A stretch of DNA of 64,000 nt from Eledone cirrhosa (Eukaryota): the NCBI GenBank assembly GCA_964016885.1, contig OZ024751.1:40114001-40178000 (forward strand), in the 5' to 3' direction. Shown here in pieces: positions 51,535 to 64,000 of this stretch (position 1 is its first letter; every line of letters starts with the position of its first letter). The notes beneath the pieces are model-generated. The model saw only the letters and a program-made list of their open reading frames with translations. It did no database searches and was not told the DNA's origin. The position numbers and the translations under genes are program-made.

Positions 51535-51787
51535 ATCATCATCATCATCATCATCATTTTACGTCCGTTTTTCCCTGCTTGCAAAGGTGGGACGGGTCCT
51601 ATTCAGCACAGCATCTCTCCATTTGTCACGGTCCTTCGTCATCTCCACCGTGAGCTTCAGCGATCTGAGGTCTGCTCTCACCACCTCCGCCCATGTTTTT
51701 TGTGGTCTACCTCTACCACGTCTTCCTTCAACTGGCATTTCCTGGCACTTCTTCACCCATCAGTCATCCTCCATGCGCATCACATGA
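51535..51787 (-). mobile_element. RTE LINE 3' fragment
   Basis: VEGRRGRGRPQKTWAEVVRADL...DRDKWR plus a (GAT)n tail. Confidence 0.85.
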
Positions 51788-52490
51788 CTATACATAAAGT
51801 ATATAATATATTGTAGTACATGACTATATATAAAGTATATAATATATTTTAGTACATGACTATATACAAAGTACATAATATATTGTAGTATATAAATATA
51901 AGGTATATAATATATTGTAATAGATATATATAAGGTATATAATATATTGTAATAGATATATATAAGGTATATAATATATTGTAATAGATATATATAAGGT
52001 ATATGATATATTGTAGTACATGACTATATATAAAGTATATAATGTAGTATATAGTATATTGTAGTATGGAAATATATATGAAAAATATGTATTGTTTTGT
52101 GGGAGTTGACATGAAAGGTCTGCTACAGTGAATTGATCTGGGGAGTGATGTGGGTGATAAAGTATTAGTTATGTACTGAGGGAGACCTTGTGTTCATGTC
52201 TACATATTGGTTCATACATACATACAAGTATGCACATATACACACATTCACATGCATACTTATACACTCTTACATGCACTTACATATGCACATATCATTC
52301 ACATGCTTACTCATACATACCTGCATACATTCACTTACATATACATACTTACATATACACATATGTATGTTTGACTATCTAGGTGTAGTTATCTCCCAGG
52401 CTGTTTACTGATAATCTAATACTTTGAAATATGTTTGGTATTTCATCTAAATTACTTGGTTCTGGGTTGTTTCCGAGTTGTGAGTTGCTT

Positions 52491-52849
52491 CATCATCATC
52501 ATTTCATTTTATGTCCGCTTTTCCCTGCTTGCAAGGGTGGGACGGGAACTGATTCTGGCTTGATTTCTACAGCTGAATGCCCTACCTAACACCAACCTCA
52601 TTTACAGTGAGTTCTGGGTGCTTTTTTGCCGTGGCACCTCCACGACCACTTTGCAGTGGAATGATAGAGACCTCAGTCCCTAGCATCTCATTTCTACAGC
52701 TGAGTAAACTGGAGCAATGTGAAATAAAGTGTCTTGCTCAAGGAAACAACACATCACTCGGTCTGAGAATTGAACTCACAACCTTTCAATTGCAAGGTTG
52801 TGAGTTCAATTACAAGGCCAATGCTGTAACCACTAAGCCATGTGCCTCC
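52491..52849 (-). mobile_element. SINE family A copy
   Basis: Reverse complement of the 24664 family. Confidence 0.85.
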
Positions 52850-54384
52850 ATGCTTGTGAAATTATTTTGAGGATTGCTTGTGAAATGGTTGTGAGGGTTG
52901 CTTGTGAAATGGTTGTGAGAGTTGCTTGTGGAACAGCTGTGAGGGTTGCTGGTGAAACAGTTGTTGGGGTTGCTTGTTTAGCAGTCCTCAGCTGTTTGTC
53001 AAACAATATTTTAAATGCTGTCTGACATTTTATGAAAGTTCCTGTAATATCCTCAGTCCTTTCACTAAAATATCTTATATTTACTGACCTTCCAGAACAA
53101 GTACTAATATAAAATATCTAATTCTATATTTTAATACTGTTTCTATACTCCTCAAATACCAATGTGGAGATGTTATTTTAATTTTGGGAGAAAATAGTGT
53201 TTTATTTGAAGGCTGCCACAATGTAAATTGAACAGTAAATTTTAAAGGCCTTTTTTTCTCAGACATAATGTATCTAAAATGGCAAATTAGAGAAAATAAC
53301 TGCTTTGGTGTATCTGTTCTGTTGCTCTGAGTTCAAATCCTGCTGAGGGCAAGTTTGCCTTATATTCTTTCAAGGTTGTTAAAGGTTTTCAGAATTGGTA
53401 GAGCATCATACAAGATACTTTGCAATGTCTGTTCAGATTCTGAGTTCAAATCCTGCACCCTGTGTGAACATGGAATGTAATGGTAACCTAACCTAAACAT
53501 ATGCACTCTGTCATCTCCACACCCAAATGGCATGACGTAAATTGTATTATTGCTTGTGTGAGAGAAACTACTTTCTGGAATATGACTTTTGATAGTGTTT
53601 GGTTTGAGGGAGACATGGTGATTATTTTTAGCAGGTTTAGTGACCCTGTACAGGTCCCCTTCCTTGCTCACACAATTAAACTGATAGTCTATTAATATGG
53701 CACAAAGGCTCGGTGTTGATTCTCATTTTAGAACCATTTCATTTATAACTTGTGACTATAATGTTCTTGGGAAAGGCAGGACTGTGACAACTTCACATTT
53801 TTCTCCCCCAAATATCTTGTGGCTAGGGAAGGAATAATTATGGTTGAAGATACCTAATTATGTTTGTTGGGTGTTTTATTACAGAAGTAAAGTCTACATA
53901 TACACACATACTTAAGTATATACATATACATACAGTTAGGTACATACATATACAGACATACACCAATAGACAAACGCACATTTAAATGGTTTGATGTTAT
54001 TTACATTGACATATAAAATTCAAACTTGACATGAAACAATGTTGTGGTTTGTTTGTAATACACACCTTACACACACTTATATAGATACATACACACACAA
54101 ACATGCCATCATCATCATCATTTAATGTCCATTTCTCTGTTAGCAAGGTTTGGAATTAGTGTGTGTGTGTGTGTATATACACAAGTTCTTCACACATACA
54201 TGTACATGTAAACACAGCCATTTCAGTAAAGCTGTTACAGATGTCAACCTATTTGGTGAGAAACCTGAGATGAACCTTCTACAATTTCCTACAAATTCTG
54301 GGATTGATAGAAGAAAGGAACTGCTAACTGGAACCTTGGTCAGGTTGCTTGCAACAGATTGGACTTCACTAAAGCCAGCCAAGA

Positions 54385-55378
54385 TCCAGGTAGTGGTGTT
54401 AAACTGGGCAACAGTAAGTTTACCACCCAGGTAGAGGTGGTGTTAAACTGGGCAACAGATTAAGTCTACCACCCAGGTAGTGGTGGTGTTAAACTGGGCA
54501 ACAGTAAGTCTACCATCCAGGTAGTGGTGTTAAACTGGGCAACAGTAAGTCTACCATCCAGGTAGTGGTGTTAAACTGGGCAACAGTAAGTCTACCACCC
54601 AGGTAGTGGTGTTAAACTGGGCAACAGTAAGTCTACCACCCAGGTAGTGGTGTTAAACTGGGCAACAGTAAGTCTACCATCCAGGTAGTGGTGTTAAACT
54701 GGGCAACAGTAAGTCTACCACCCAGGTAGTGGTGTTAAACTGGGCAACAGTAAGTCTACCATCCAGGTAGTGGTGGTGTTAAACTGGGCAACAGATTAAG
54801 TCTACCATCCAGGTAGTGGTGTTAAACTGGGCAACAGTAAGTCTACCACCCAGGTAGTGGTGTTAAACTGGGAAACAGATTAAGTCTACCACCCAGGTAG
54901 TGGTGTTAAACTGGGCAACAGTAAGTCTACCATCCAGGTAGTGGTGGTGTTAAACTGGGCAACAGATTAAGTCTACCATCCAGGTAGTGGTGGTGTTAAA
55001 CTGGGCAACAGATTAAGTCTACCATCCAGGTAGTGGTGTTAAACTGGGCAACAGATTAAGTCTACCATCAAGGTAGTGGTGGTGTTAAACTGGGCAACAG
55101 ATTAAGTCTACCATCCAGGTAGTGGTGGTGTTAAACTGGGCAACAGATTGTCTACCACCCGGGTAGTGGTGTTAAACTGGGCAACAGTAAGTCTACCACC
55201 CGGGTAGTGGTGTTAAACTGGGCAACAGTAAGTCTACCACCCGGGTAGTGGTGTTAAACTGGGCAACAGTAAGTCTACCACCCAGGTAGTGGTGGTGTTA
55301 AACTGGGCAACAGTAAGTCTACCACCCAGGTAGTGGTGTTAAACTGGGCAACGGTTTATCATCTACCTCCCAGGTAGG
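54385..55378. repeat. Minisatellite, unit about 41-46 bp
   Basis: CCAGGTAGTGGTGTTAAACTGGGCAACAGTAAGTCTACCA. Confidence 0.95.
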
Positions 55379-56779
55379 TTAGCAAGATTTGAACTCAGAA
55401 TGTTAAGAGTTGTAACAAATACTGCAGGTTATCTATAGACTCCCTGAAAGGATGAAAGACAAAGTTGATCCTTGCAGAATTCAAACTGAGAGTACAGGGA
55501 GATGGAATATATAGCACAAGGTATTTTGTCCTACACCCTAATGATTCTACCATTAAACTTTTAGTCACCTCTTATGATATGTAGGGTTATGGTGTACCTA
55601 TTCTGAACTAGATACACATAGTCAGGTATAAATCACACCTTTTTCTATCAACATATGACAAAAAATCAGAATGTGAGTTATCTACTGGACTTTCAGAAAC
55701 TTTAATTCAACACATCTGGTTTAGTGTAAATACAACAAACACAGCAAGCATTTTAAAACCATTTCCCTTGTAAAGCAAGAGTTTACCTTATGGGCTCCAT
55801 GACAAGTTTAACTGTACTCATTGTGAAGACTTTTCTGTTTTATGGACAAATGCCCTTCCTGGCACCAACCCTTTTAGTTACCTTTTACAATACAGGGATG
55901 CAGTGTACCTATTCTAAACTGGATACACTCATTATAAATGTTTTATGTAAAACAGAGATGTGATTTTTACATGAGTATATCTGGAATGTGGGCACTGGGA
56001 GAGGTCATCTAAGATAGTAAGGGCCTGCATTTGTAACGAGTGTTGCTGTAGTTGCAAGGAGTGGTTTTCAGATGTACTGTCGGCACACTTCCGATTAAAA
56101 GTCAGTATGAGGATTTTGATAGAGGTTAGCTGAAGGACTAGAGGAATGGACAGATGATGGGAGAGATAGACAGAAGATTGACTGGGTGACTGGATGGATG
56201 GTTAGATGAATGGTGAGATAGATGGCTAGATAAGTTTATTTACATATCCTGGCCCTCACTAATATCTTCTGAAGACATTTTGCAGTGGAGGGCAGTGTGT
56301 TTGCTTATCTTTCCCTTAGCAGATAATAATTCTTTCAGATAAAACTTCTTGATGTTGTAGTATTAGTAGTAGCTACGGTGGTAGTAATTGCAGTAGTAAT
56401 AGTGGTGGTGATAGTAGCAGTAGTAATGGTGGCAGCTGTAATAAAAGTAGTAGTAGTAATAGCGGAAACTGTAATAGTAGTAGTAGTAGTAATGGTAGTG
56501 AAGGCAATAGTTGAAATAGTGGTGGTGGTAGTAGTTAAACCAGTTTCAAAGCAGACATTTTCAAGTGTGTAAGTAGTGTTTCCATTGATATAAGATGAAA
56601 TTGTAAACTAAAAGATGTCACACCAACGTCATGGTTGAATGAATATATACACAAAACATATTCTACACACTGAACAAAGGACCTGGACAGTGTGTACTGG
56701 TGTATATAAACATGTGTATGTCTGTGTACAAACACATCACAGAAGTAATGCTATATATGTATATGTGTGCATCAAAAAG

Positions 56780-57140
56780 AATGTTGAAATCAATTCAGTA
56801 TTCGTGCCAACCTTTACCTATAGTCATGAATCTTGGATAATGACCAAAATAATATGATCGTGAATACAAGCAGCTGAAATGGTGTTCCTCCAAAGGGTTT
56901 TTGGAGTGACACTTGATAGAGTGCAGAGCTAGTTAGAATATTTCAGGAAAGAATTGCTGGACAGATTTTACGAGCAAAACCAACTGGCAGGAGGTCCAGG
57001 AGAAGACCCCGAGCAAGATGGTTGGATAACATCCATGAGGCTTGGTTGGTCTTGCTTGGGGATCCAGCTGAATCTGGTGGAGATGGTTGCTTTTGATAGG
57101 ACTTGCTGGATGGAGTGTTTGAGGACTCTGCCCCCATGAC
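56780..57140 (+). mobile_element. Decayed RTE LINE C-terminal fragment; related pieces at about 58870-58960, 60250-60460 and 2450-2590
   Basis: PTFTYSHESW..T....IQAAEM.FL.RV and P.GRRSRRRPRARWLD-like translations. Confidence 0.7.
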
Positions 57141-57183
57141 CGTCACAGGAAAAACATCACAGAAATAACCTTATATATTAACA

Positions 57184-57460
57184 ATTCTCAGACCGAGTGA
57201 TGTTTTGTTTCCTTGAGCAAGACACTTTATTTCACATTGCTCCAGTTTACTCAGCTGTAGAAATGAGATATTAGGGACTGGGGTCCTTATCATTCCACTC
57301 CAAAGTGGTCGTGGAGGAGCCACGGCAAAAAAGCACCCAGCACTCGCTGTAAATGAGGTTGGTGTTAGGAAGGGCATCCAGCTGTAGAAATCAAGCCAGA
57401 ATCAGTTGCCGTCCCACCCTTGCAAGCAGGGAAAAGCGGATGTAAGATGATGATGATGAT
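57184..57460 (+). mobile_element. 5'-truncated SINE family A copy; another lies at about 23825-24075
   Basis: Body and tail match 24664. Confidence 0.8.
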
Positions 57461-58257
57461 ATATGTATATATGACCCCTATGCAAGCATGGAAAAATGGA
57501 TGTAAAAACGATTTAGATGATGATGCTGATGATAAGTCCACTTTCCACTCTGACAAAGGTTGTACACTCAGAGTTGTATATATATTAATAGAAACAGAGA
57601 GTTTGAGAGAAGAAACCCTATTTAATACTTCCGATAAAACTATAGTCTTTGGATTTAATAGAAGAAATACCACTTAGAGAGAAAGTTAGTGATAGATACA
57701 TAAAGACAGAGAGAGAGAGTTATAGATAGATGAGGAGAGTGAGAGTAATCAAGATAGGTGAAAAGGGAGAGAGGGGGGAATAATAGATAAAGACAGATGA
57801 GAGTGTGTGATAAAGACAGAGAGGAAGGAAGAGATAGTGATCGAGAGAGGTGGTGGTTTGTCGGTAGGTAGGTTTTCTTCTACACATTGCAGTACTTTAG
57901 AATTACAAGATTATATATTTTTTTTCATTCTGCTCTTTTGGAATAAATTTCAAAATAATCATGAAAGAAAAACAAACAAAAAAAACTAATAACAACAACA
58001 ACAACAACAGTTACTGGTGCGTTTGGTATGCACCTGATGTCACTTAGTTAAATTAAAAGCTGTATTATCAAAATTTTACAGCAATATATGTATATATATT
58101 GCTATATATGTGTATATACTGCTCTGTATTTGTGTGTATATATATTGCTATATATGTGTATATATATTACTATATATGTGTGTCTGTATATATTACTATA
58201 TATGTGTCTATGGGTATATATTGCTATATATATATATATGTGTGTGTATATATTGCT

Positions 58258-58302
<45 letters not shown>

Positions 58303-61300
58303 TATGTGTCTATATCACTATATATGTGTCTATGTGTATATATATATGTGTCTATATCACTGTGTATATATTGCTATATATATATGTGTGTCTATATCGC
58401 TATATATATGTGTGTCTATATCGCTATATATATGTGTGTCTATGTGTATATAACTTGATCTTTACTTTAACACAATTATTACTCAGATATATATTTAGTG
58501 TATAAAGCTACAAATTTTCTTTTGTTCTACCACATGGGATAAACATAATCTGCTTTAAAAAAATGTATATATATATATATATATATATATGAAAAAGTAT
58601 ATATATATATATATACATCATTTTTTAAAAATCTTTAACCTCTTTGTGACCAGATCACCATCATCATTATTATGTTTTCTTTTCCGTGCTGACATGGGTT
58701 GGATGAGACTTTTTATGGTTTTTTAAGGCAGCATTTTACTGTTAGATGCCCTTATTGGCACCAACCCTTAATTTTTAAGACCCTGCCATGCCTGTGTGGT
58801 TAAGTAAATGCTGCCTATGTTTGTCAATTAACTTTCAAAATGGAGAATTAAGAGAGATTTAGAAAAACTGAGACAAGACGGATCAGCTGGAATTAGTTGC
58901 TTCTGACATGACCCACTGGAAAGAATGTTTGAGGAGTCTGCCCCCATGACCCACTCAGGAATAAGTGAGCGAAAAAGATGATTTGGAAATAATAGGCTGG
59001 GGCTTTCATTAGAAATATGGTAATGAAACAATTAAGCCGGTGTTTGGTACACAATTTAAGAGGTTCCCGTATAAAATTTTGATGGAAAGATTTTAAATTA
59101 AAATTTAAATATGAGCACTTCAGAAAATATGTGGGCTTTGTATGCTTTGTATCATAAAACGAAAGGCAAACATAAGTGAGTTGGTATTGGGTTGGTAGAG
59201 AAACTAATCCTAACTCAACATACTAACAACTTACTGTGTTAACCCACTAACAGTATTCTTTACTTAAAGATAAAGAATAAGTATGTATGATCACGTCACT
59301 CATTATTATTATTATTTATGTTGTTATTGTTATTGTTTTACTTAGTTTTTGTCTGAGATTAAATGTTTAAAATAGTCTTTGTAAACCAGTAAACACCATT
59401 TTTCAACTGAAATATGCCACTGAATGTATTAAATTTTCCTCATACTGTTCTTATTAAGCACTTTCTCAATGTGTAATTTTCAAAATATCTAGGCCGGTTC
59501 TTTTTTTTTTTTTTCTTTTTACTTCAAATTCCTTCCTTTTATTGACAAATATGGATTTCATTTGCTTGTTGTTCACTGTTTCTTTTTTCTTCTTTCTTTT
59601 AATGTTCTTCAAATGTCTTTCTTTCCTTCCTACCAAAATTTCTCTACCATGATCTGGCTCTGTTAGCTAAAGCTAAGTTAAAAGTGTTTTATTTTAGCTC
59701 TAGCTAGTTGTTATTGTTGTTGTTGTTCTGTAGTAACTGAATAGGTTTAATCCAGTTCCTTAGTGTTGTAGTGATTTAGTCTTATATGGTTCATTGCTTT
59801 AAGAACCAATCTCGTCAATTCTACTTTCATAATCCATATTCTGCTGCAAGTATTTTCATTGTCTCTCCCCCACCCATCCATCTTTCTCTCTCTCTCCCTT
59901 TTGATGCCAAAATGCCTGAAATTACCCCTCGTTCTAGGATACAAAACTATTTATTTTAAAGTGTTTATATTTATCTAAAAACCTTTCATCATAATTTTAT
60001 GTAAGAAGAACCTATATTAAGTTATGTTCCAAACACTGGATATATAATGAGTTTTTTATTTTAATAAATCCTTTCAAATTTTTGTTTATTTGATTATTTT
60101 CAAAATCATAATTAGTGGATTTCATTAGAAATATGGCAACAAAGGGGTTAACCTTTTTGTTATCATATTTTTAATAGTAAGACACTAGACACCCAAGGTA
60201 GAGCCACTATTTCTCCGAATTGAGGGGTCACAGTTTTGATACTATGGACATGTGGTTGGATGTCTCAAGAAAGAATCACTGGACAGGCAAAACCAACTGG
60301 CAGGAGACCCAGGGGTAGACTCCGAGCAAGGTGGTTGGATAACATCTATGAGCTTGGCTGATTTCACTTGGGGATCTAGCCAGATCAGTTGGAGATGGTT
60401 GCTTCTAACAGGACCTGCTGGAATGAGTGTTTGAGGGCTCTGCCCCCTCCATGACACAGTTTCAGGTTGCAAAAGGGTTATTTTTTCTTGTCTTGCTTTG
60501 TTTTATAGAATATACATAGCAACTCACTCTTTTGGGGTTAGTTGTAGTAGTAGCTCTAACTCAATCACATCTGGCCTCAACAACAAGATATGAGCTCTGA
60601 GAGCTGAGACCAGTAGAGAGACATTTAATTCTATGCTCTAATAACTCTGCCAATTCACTGATCAAAACTAAGTAATATCTATACAGTGTTTATATATAGA
60701 TTATTAATAAAGTAATCAATATTTCTACTGTACTAATTGTATTGATATCAACAGTTAACACATGTGGTCCAGTGAGTCAGTCAGATCACACTTTAGTTGT
60801 TAGAATTGTTGATTTTTAACACTTCCAAGTAATTTCAACCTCCTGCTCTCTCTCCTCTATCCCATTGCTATGATGGGTGGAGTAGGATGATACAGGGCTA
60901 ATTAGCTGACCATGGGACCACAATTGATTATCCTACTCTCTCCCTCTTTCTATAGTTCCCTTTCTTTTTCACTTCCCCTTTCTCACTCATCTTCTTTGTT
61001 TTGTATCTCTTCATTTGTGCTCCTCGTAAAGGTAGGTCATCAGTGGAGTAGCAGTATTTGTTCTGACTCTTTACATTCTGAGTTCAAATCCCAGTCATGT
61101 ATTGGGGTCAATGTTGTTGTCTTCTCTCCTCCCTCAAATTATTGTCTTTCTGTCTAAATTATCAGACACCATTTTTGTTTCCCTTTCTTATATTCTTTAT
61201 CTTTCTATTTTTTCTCTTTTTCTTGACTTTTCTAGTAGTGCTGGCACTGTGATGAAATACACCCAGTACACTCTGTAAAATGGTAGTGCTGGTTCCACAG

Positions 61301-63533
61301 TAGATGCACAATAGATATATACAGTAACGTGGTAGAATTGGTGCTATGATAAAATGCACTCAGTGCACTCTGTAAAATGATAGTGCTGGTTCCACAATAA
61401 ATGTACCAAGTACACTCAGTAAAGTGGTAGAATTGGTGCTATGATAAAATGCACCCAGTACACTCTGTAAAGCAGTTGGCATTAGGAAGGGCTTCCACTT
61501 ACAGAAATCATGCCAAAAATGTTACGTATGAACAAGATATGGGTCTGTAACTCATTTAGTGTTGGACTGTGACAACACATCCGACCCATATCAACAAAAA
61601 AACCCCAGGTGTAAAATGACTACAACGATGATGATGATGAATAGAATGTACACTAAATAAATAAATTTGTTATACTGTTGATGTAAAGATGATGATGATT
61701 AAATGTGATTGCCTGTAATAATTTAATGTAAATAAATGTTATGTTATGATAACAAAAGAAATGTTTGCATCTCTCTGAGATAATTTAGTTACATACTTAC
61801 TAGTTACTACTGTTACTACTATAAATACCTAGAGTAAATTACTACATGATACAGTTTACCTTCTACCTGTACATGTCAGTAGAACTTTTAGGCATACCTC
61901 ATTTAAATTGACTTTCATCTTGGCTGGCTTAGTTACACTTCAGTATTGTTCTGCAGTTGTTGTTGTTGTTGTTGGCAAATTAGCAGTGTCATGATAAAAA
62001 GTACCCAGTCCACTCTATAAGGTAGGTAGTGTTGGTGCCACAATAAAATACTCCCAGCCCACACTGTAAGGCAGTAATGCTGGTTCCACAATAAAATGGT
62101 TCCAGTTCACTGTGTAAGAAGGTAGTGCTGGTGCCACAAAAAGAATACAGAACTAATCAGCTGATTATGGGGCCACAACTGATTATGAAAGCTGTAATGG
62201 TGGGAGAACAATTGTGGTTATCTATGACAATGAAACAGCAACATTTTGATCACTTTGATCATCAGCAAAAAATAAAACCTGCAAGTGAGAGGTGTATAAT
62301 ACAAAATAGTCAACCTAATACCTATAATCTGGGTTAAGTCTGTGTCATTGTAGTAATTGTAATGTGGCCGTGTAGGTAACACGGTAAAAACCTCCCAGTC
62401 CACACTATAAACGTGGTTGGTGTTAGGAAGGGCATCCAGCCGTAGAAAACCTGCCAGACAGTCTTATACGAGTGAAACACGGTCTCCCGACCAATCTTGC
62501 CTCAAGTGGAACAATTCCCGTCTAAACCCATGCTAGCGTGGAAGATAGAGGTTAAACGATGATGATGATGATGATGATATATATATTGTACGATTTATGT
62601 GTGTGTGTACCCAACTAAGACGTAAGCTTGTGTCCTACCCAAATATACAAAATAGCCAGCCTACTAAATGTACACTCATTAAATCAACTGACAAAATAAT
62701 TTATGTTTATATGCAATAAAAGATAATAAAGACGTTTTCACCGTGCCAAATAGAATCCCATTGAAATCACGGCTACAAATATACAAATAGTTATATAACA
62801 CACAAACAAGCTGGGGCTAATCAAAGTGTTACAGACATGTACAGACAGATATGATTGACTCTCAGGAGTGACAGAGCTAATGAGGGTTCCTCTACATGGT
62901 CACTTGGCCTGCTAGAAACAGCAGACAAATATCCCTCACTACTAATATGCAAAGAGTTATTTATATAACAATACAACGTAACATAAACAAACTAGGATTA
63001 ATGAAGGTGTCATAGATATGGACAGGAAGATATTTACAGACTCATAGAGCCCTGTACATCTATTTGCCAGGTGGAGCTGCTATTTACAGAGTCCATGAAG
63101 CAATCATAAGAATATATAATCTAGAAATAGGTTTTATTCTTGTGGAATTCACAATGTTGTTTTGATCTGCCAGCTATTTCATGTCAGGTTTATTTTCTCA
63201 AATCAACTCAAAGTATTTCTCAATATACCCATTTCATCTCCTCATCTAAGTTTCATGTCTATGAAGCTGACAGCATCCCAAACAGTGCATATGGTGCTGC
63301 TTTCCCAACAGATGTGTTCTATAGTATGAAGAAGAGAGCAACTTACTGCTCTCTGTATGATTTTATCATCATCATCATCATCATCACTGATAGCATCCGT
63401 TTTCCATGCTAGCAAGGGTTTATATACATAATATATATGCATATATATATATATATATGTGTGTGCATGCATGCTCCCACATACACAATGTATGTGTATG
63501 GATACTGTATGTGTATATATATGTATCCATACT

Positions 63534-63567
<34 letters not shown>

Positions 63568-63799
63568 AAGAGAGCAGCTAACTGCTGTGTGTATGATTTT
63601 ATATAGATACATGATAGAGAGAATCAAATTTCAGAAAAAAAATGAGAGAGTTGACTATATTTGACTTCATAATAGATGTTACATCTCTTGGATTATTAAT
63701 ATATTTTAATTTCCTCTCATGCATAGATACACAAAGATGCATTCATACATATAACACATACATATACATACACTAAAGCATGTGCATATTTACATGTCT

Positions 63800-63825
<26 letters not shown>

Positions 63826-63831
<6 letters not shown>

Positions 63832-64000
63832 CTCTTCTAGTGTGTCCATGTAGGGGCTCCCAAAGAAGCACTGAGTGCAATGTCAACTCTGGATGTCGGT
63901 GAGCATGTCCAGCTAACCTCAGTCTCCTCTGTGTCACTTTTGAGCTGACTTTTGGGATGCTCCCATACAGCTCTGAGTTTTTCATCCTCAGTGTATACCG
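63826..64000 (-). mobile_element. RTE-like LINE fragment
   Basis: ELYGSIPKVSSKVTQRRLRLAGHAHRHPE...LLWEP.HG..RRG. Confidence 0.8.

Noticed and set aside
54150-54434. 94-aa ORF as an exon
   Set aside because: It begins in a GT microsatellite, ends in a minisatellite and has no recognisable domain.

Overview
AT-rich, microsatellite-dense animal genomic DNA. The repeat content resembles an octopus or other cephalopod, which is an inference. One gene is well supported: a minus-strand DENND6 (FAM116-type Rab GEF) orthologue. I traced 13 coding exons from the ATG at 43908 down to 3165, all with GT-AG sites and matching phases. A candidate 27-nt microexon lies at 2295-2321, and the 3' part of the gene runs off the left edge. 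Introns and flanks hold an RTE-type LINE with an open RT frame, many LINE fragments, at least three SINE families, piggyBac- and mariner-type MITEs, and minisatellites. The most striking unannotated signal is about a dozen type I hammerhead ribozyme motifs (CUGANGA...GAAA...NUH), five or six with intact cores. Most sit in short elements next to (TA)n tracts, often as inverted pairs, consistent with Penelope-like or retrozyme-type remnants. Three unrelated stem II sequences share a 3 bp / C-C mismatch / long helix architecture. The copies in the sense of the DENND6 pre-mRNA are mutated or masked by an antisense arm. Most long ORFs in the track are microsatellite artefacts.
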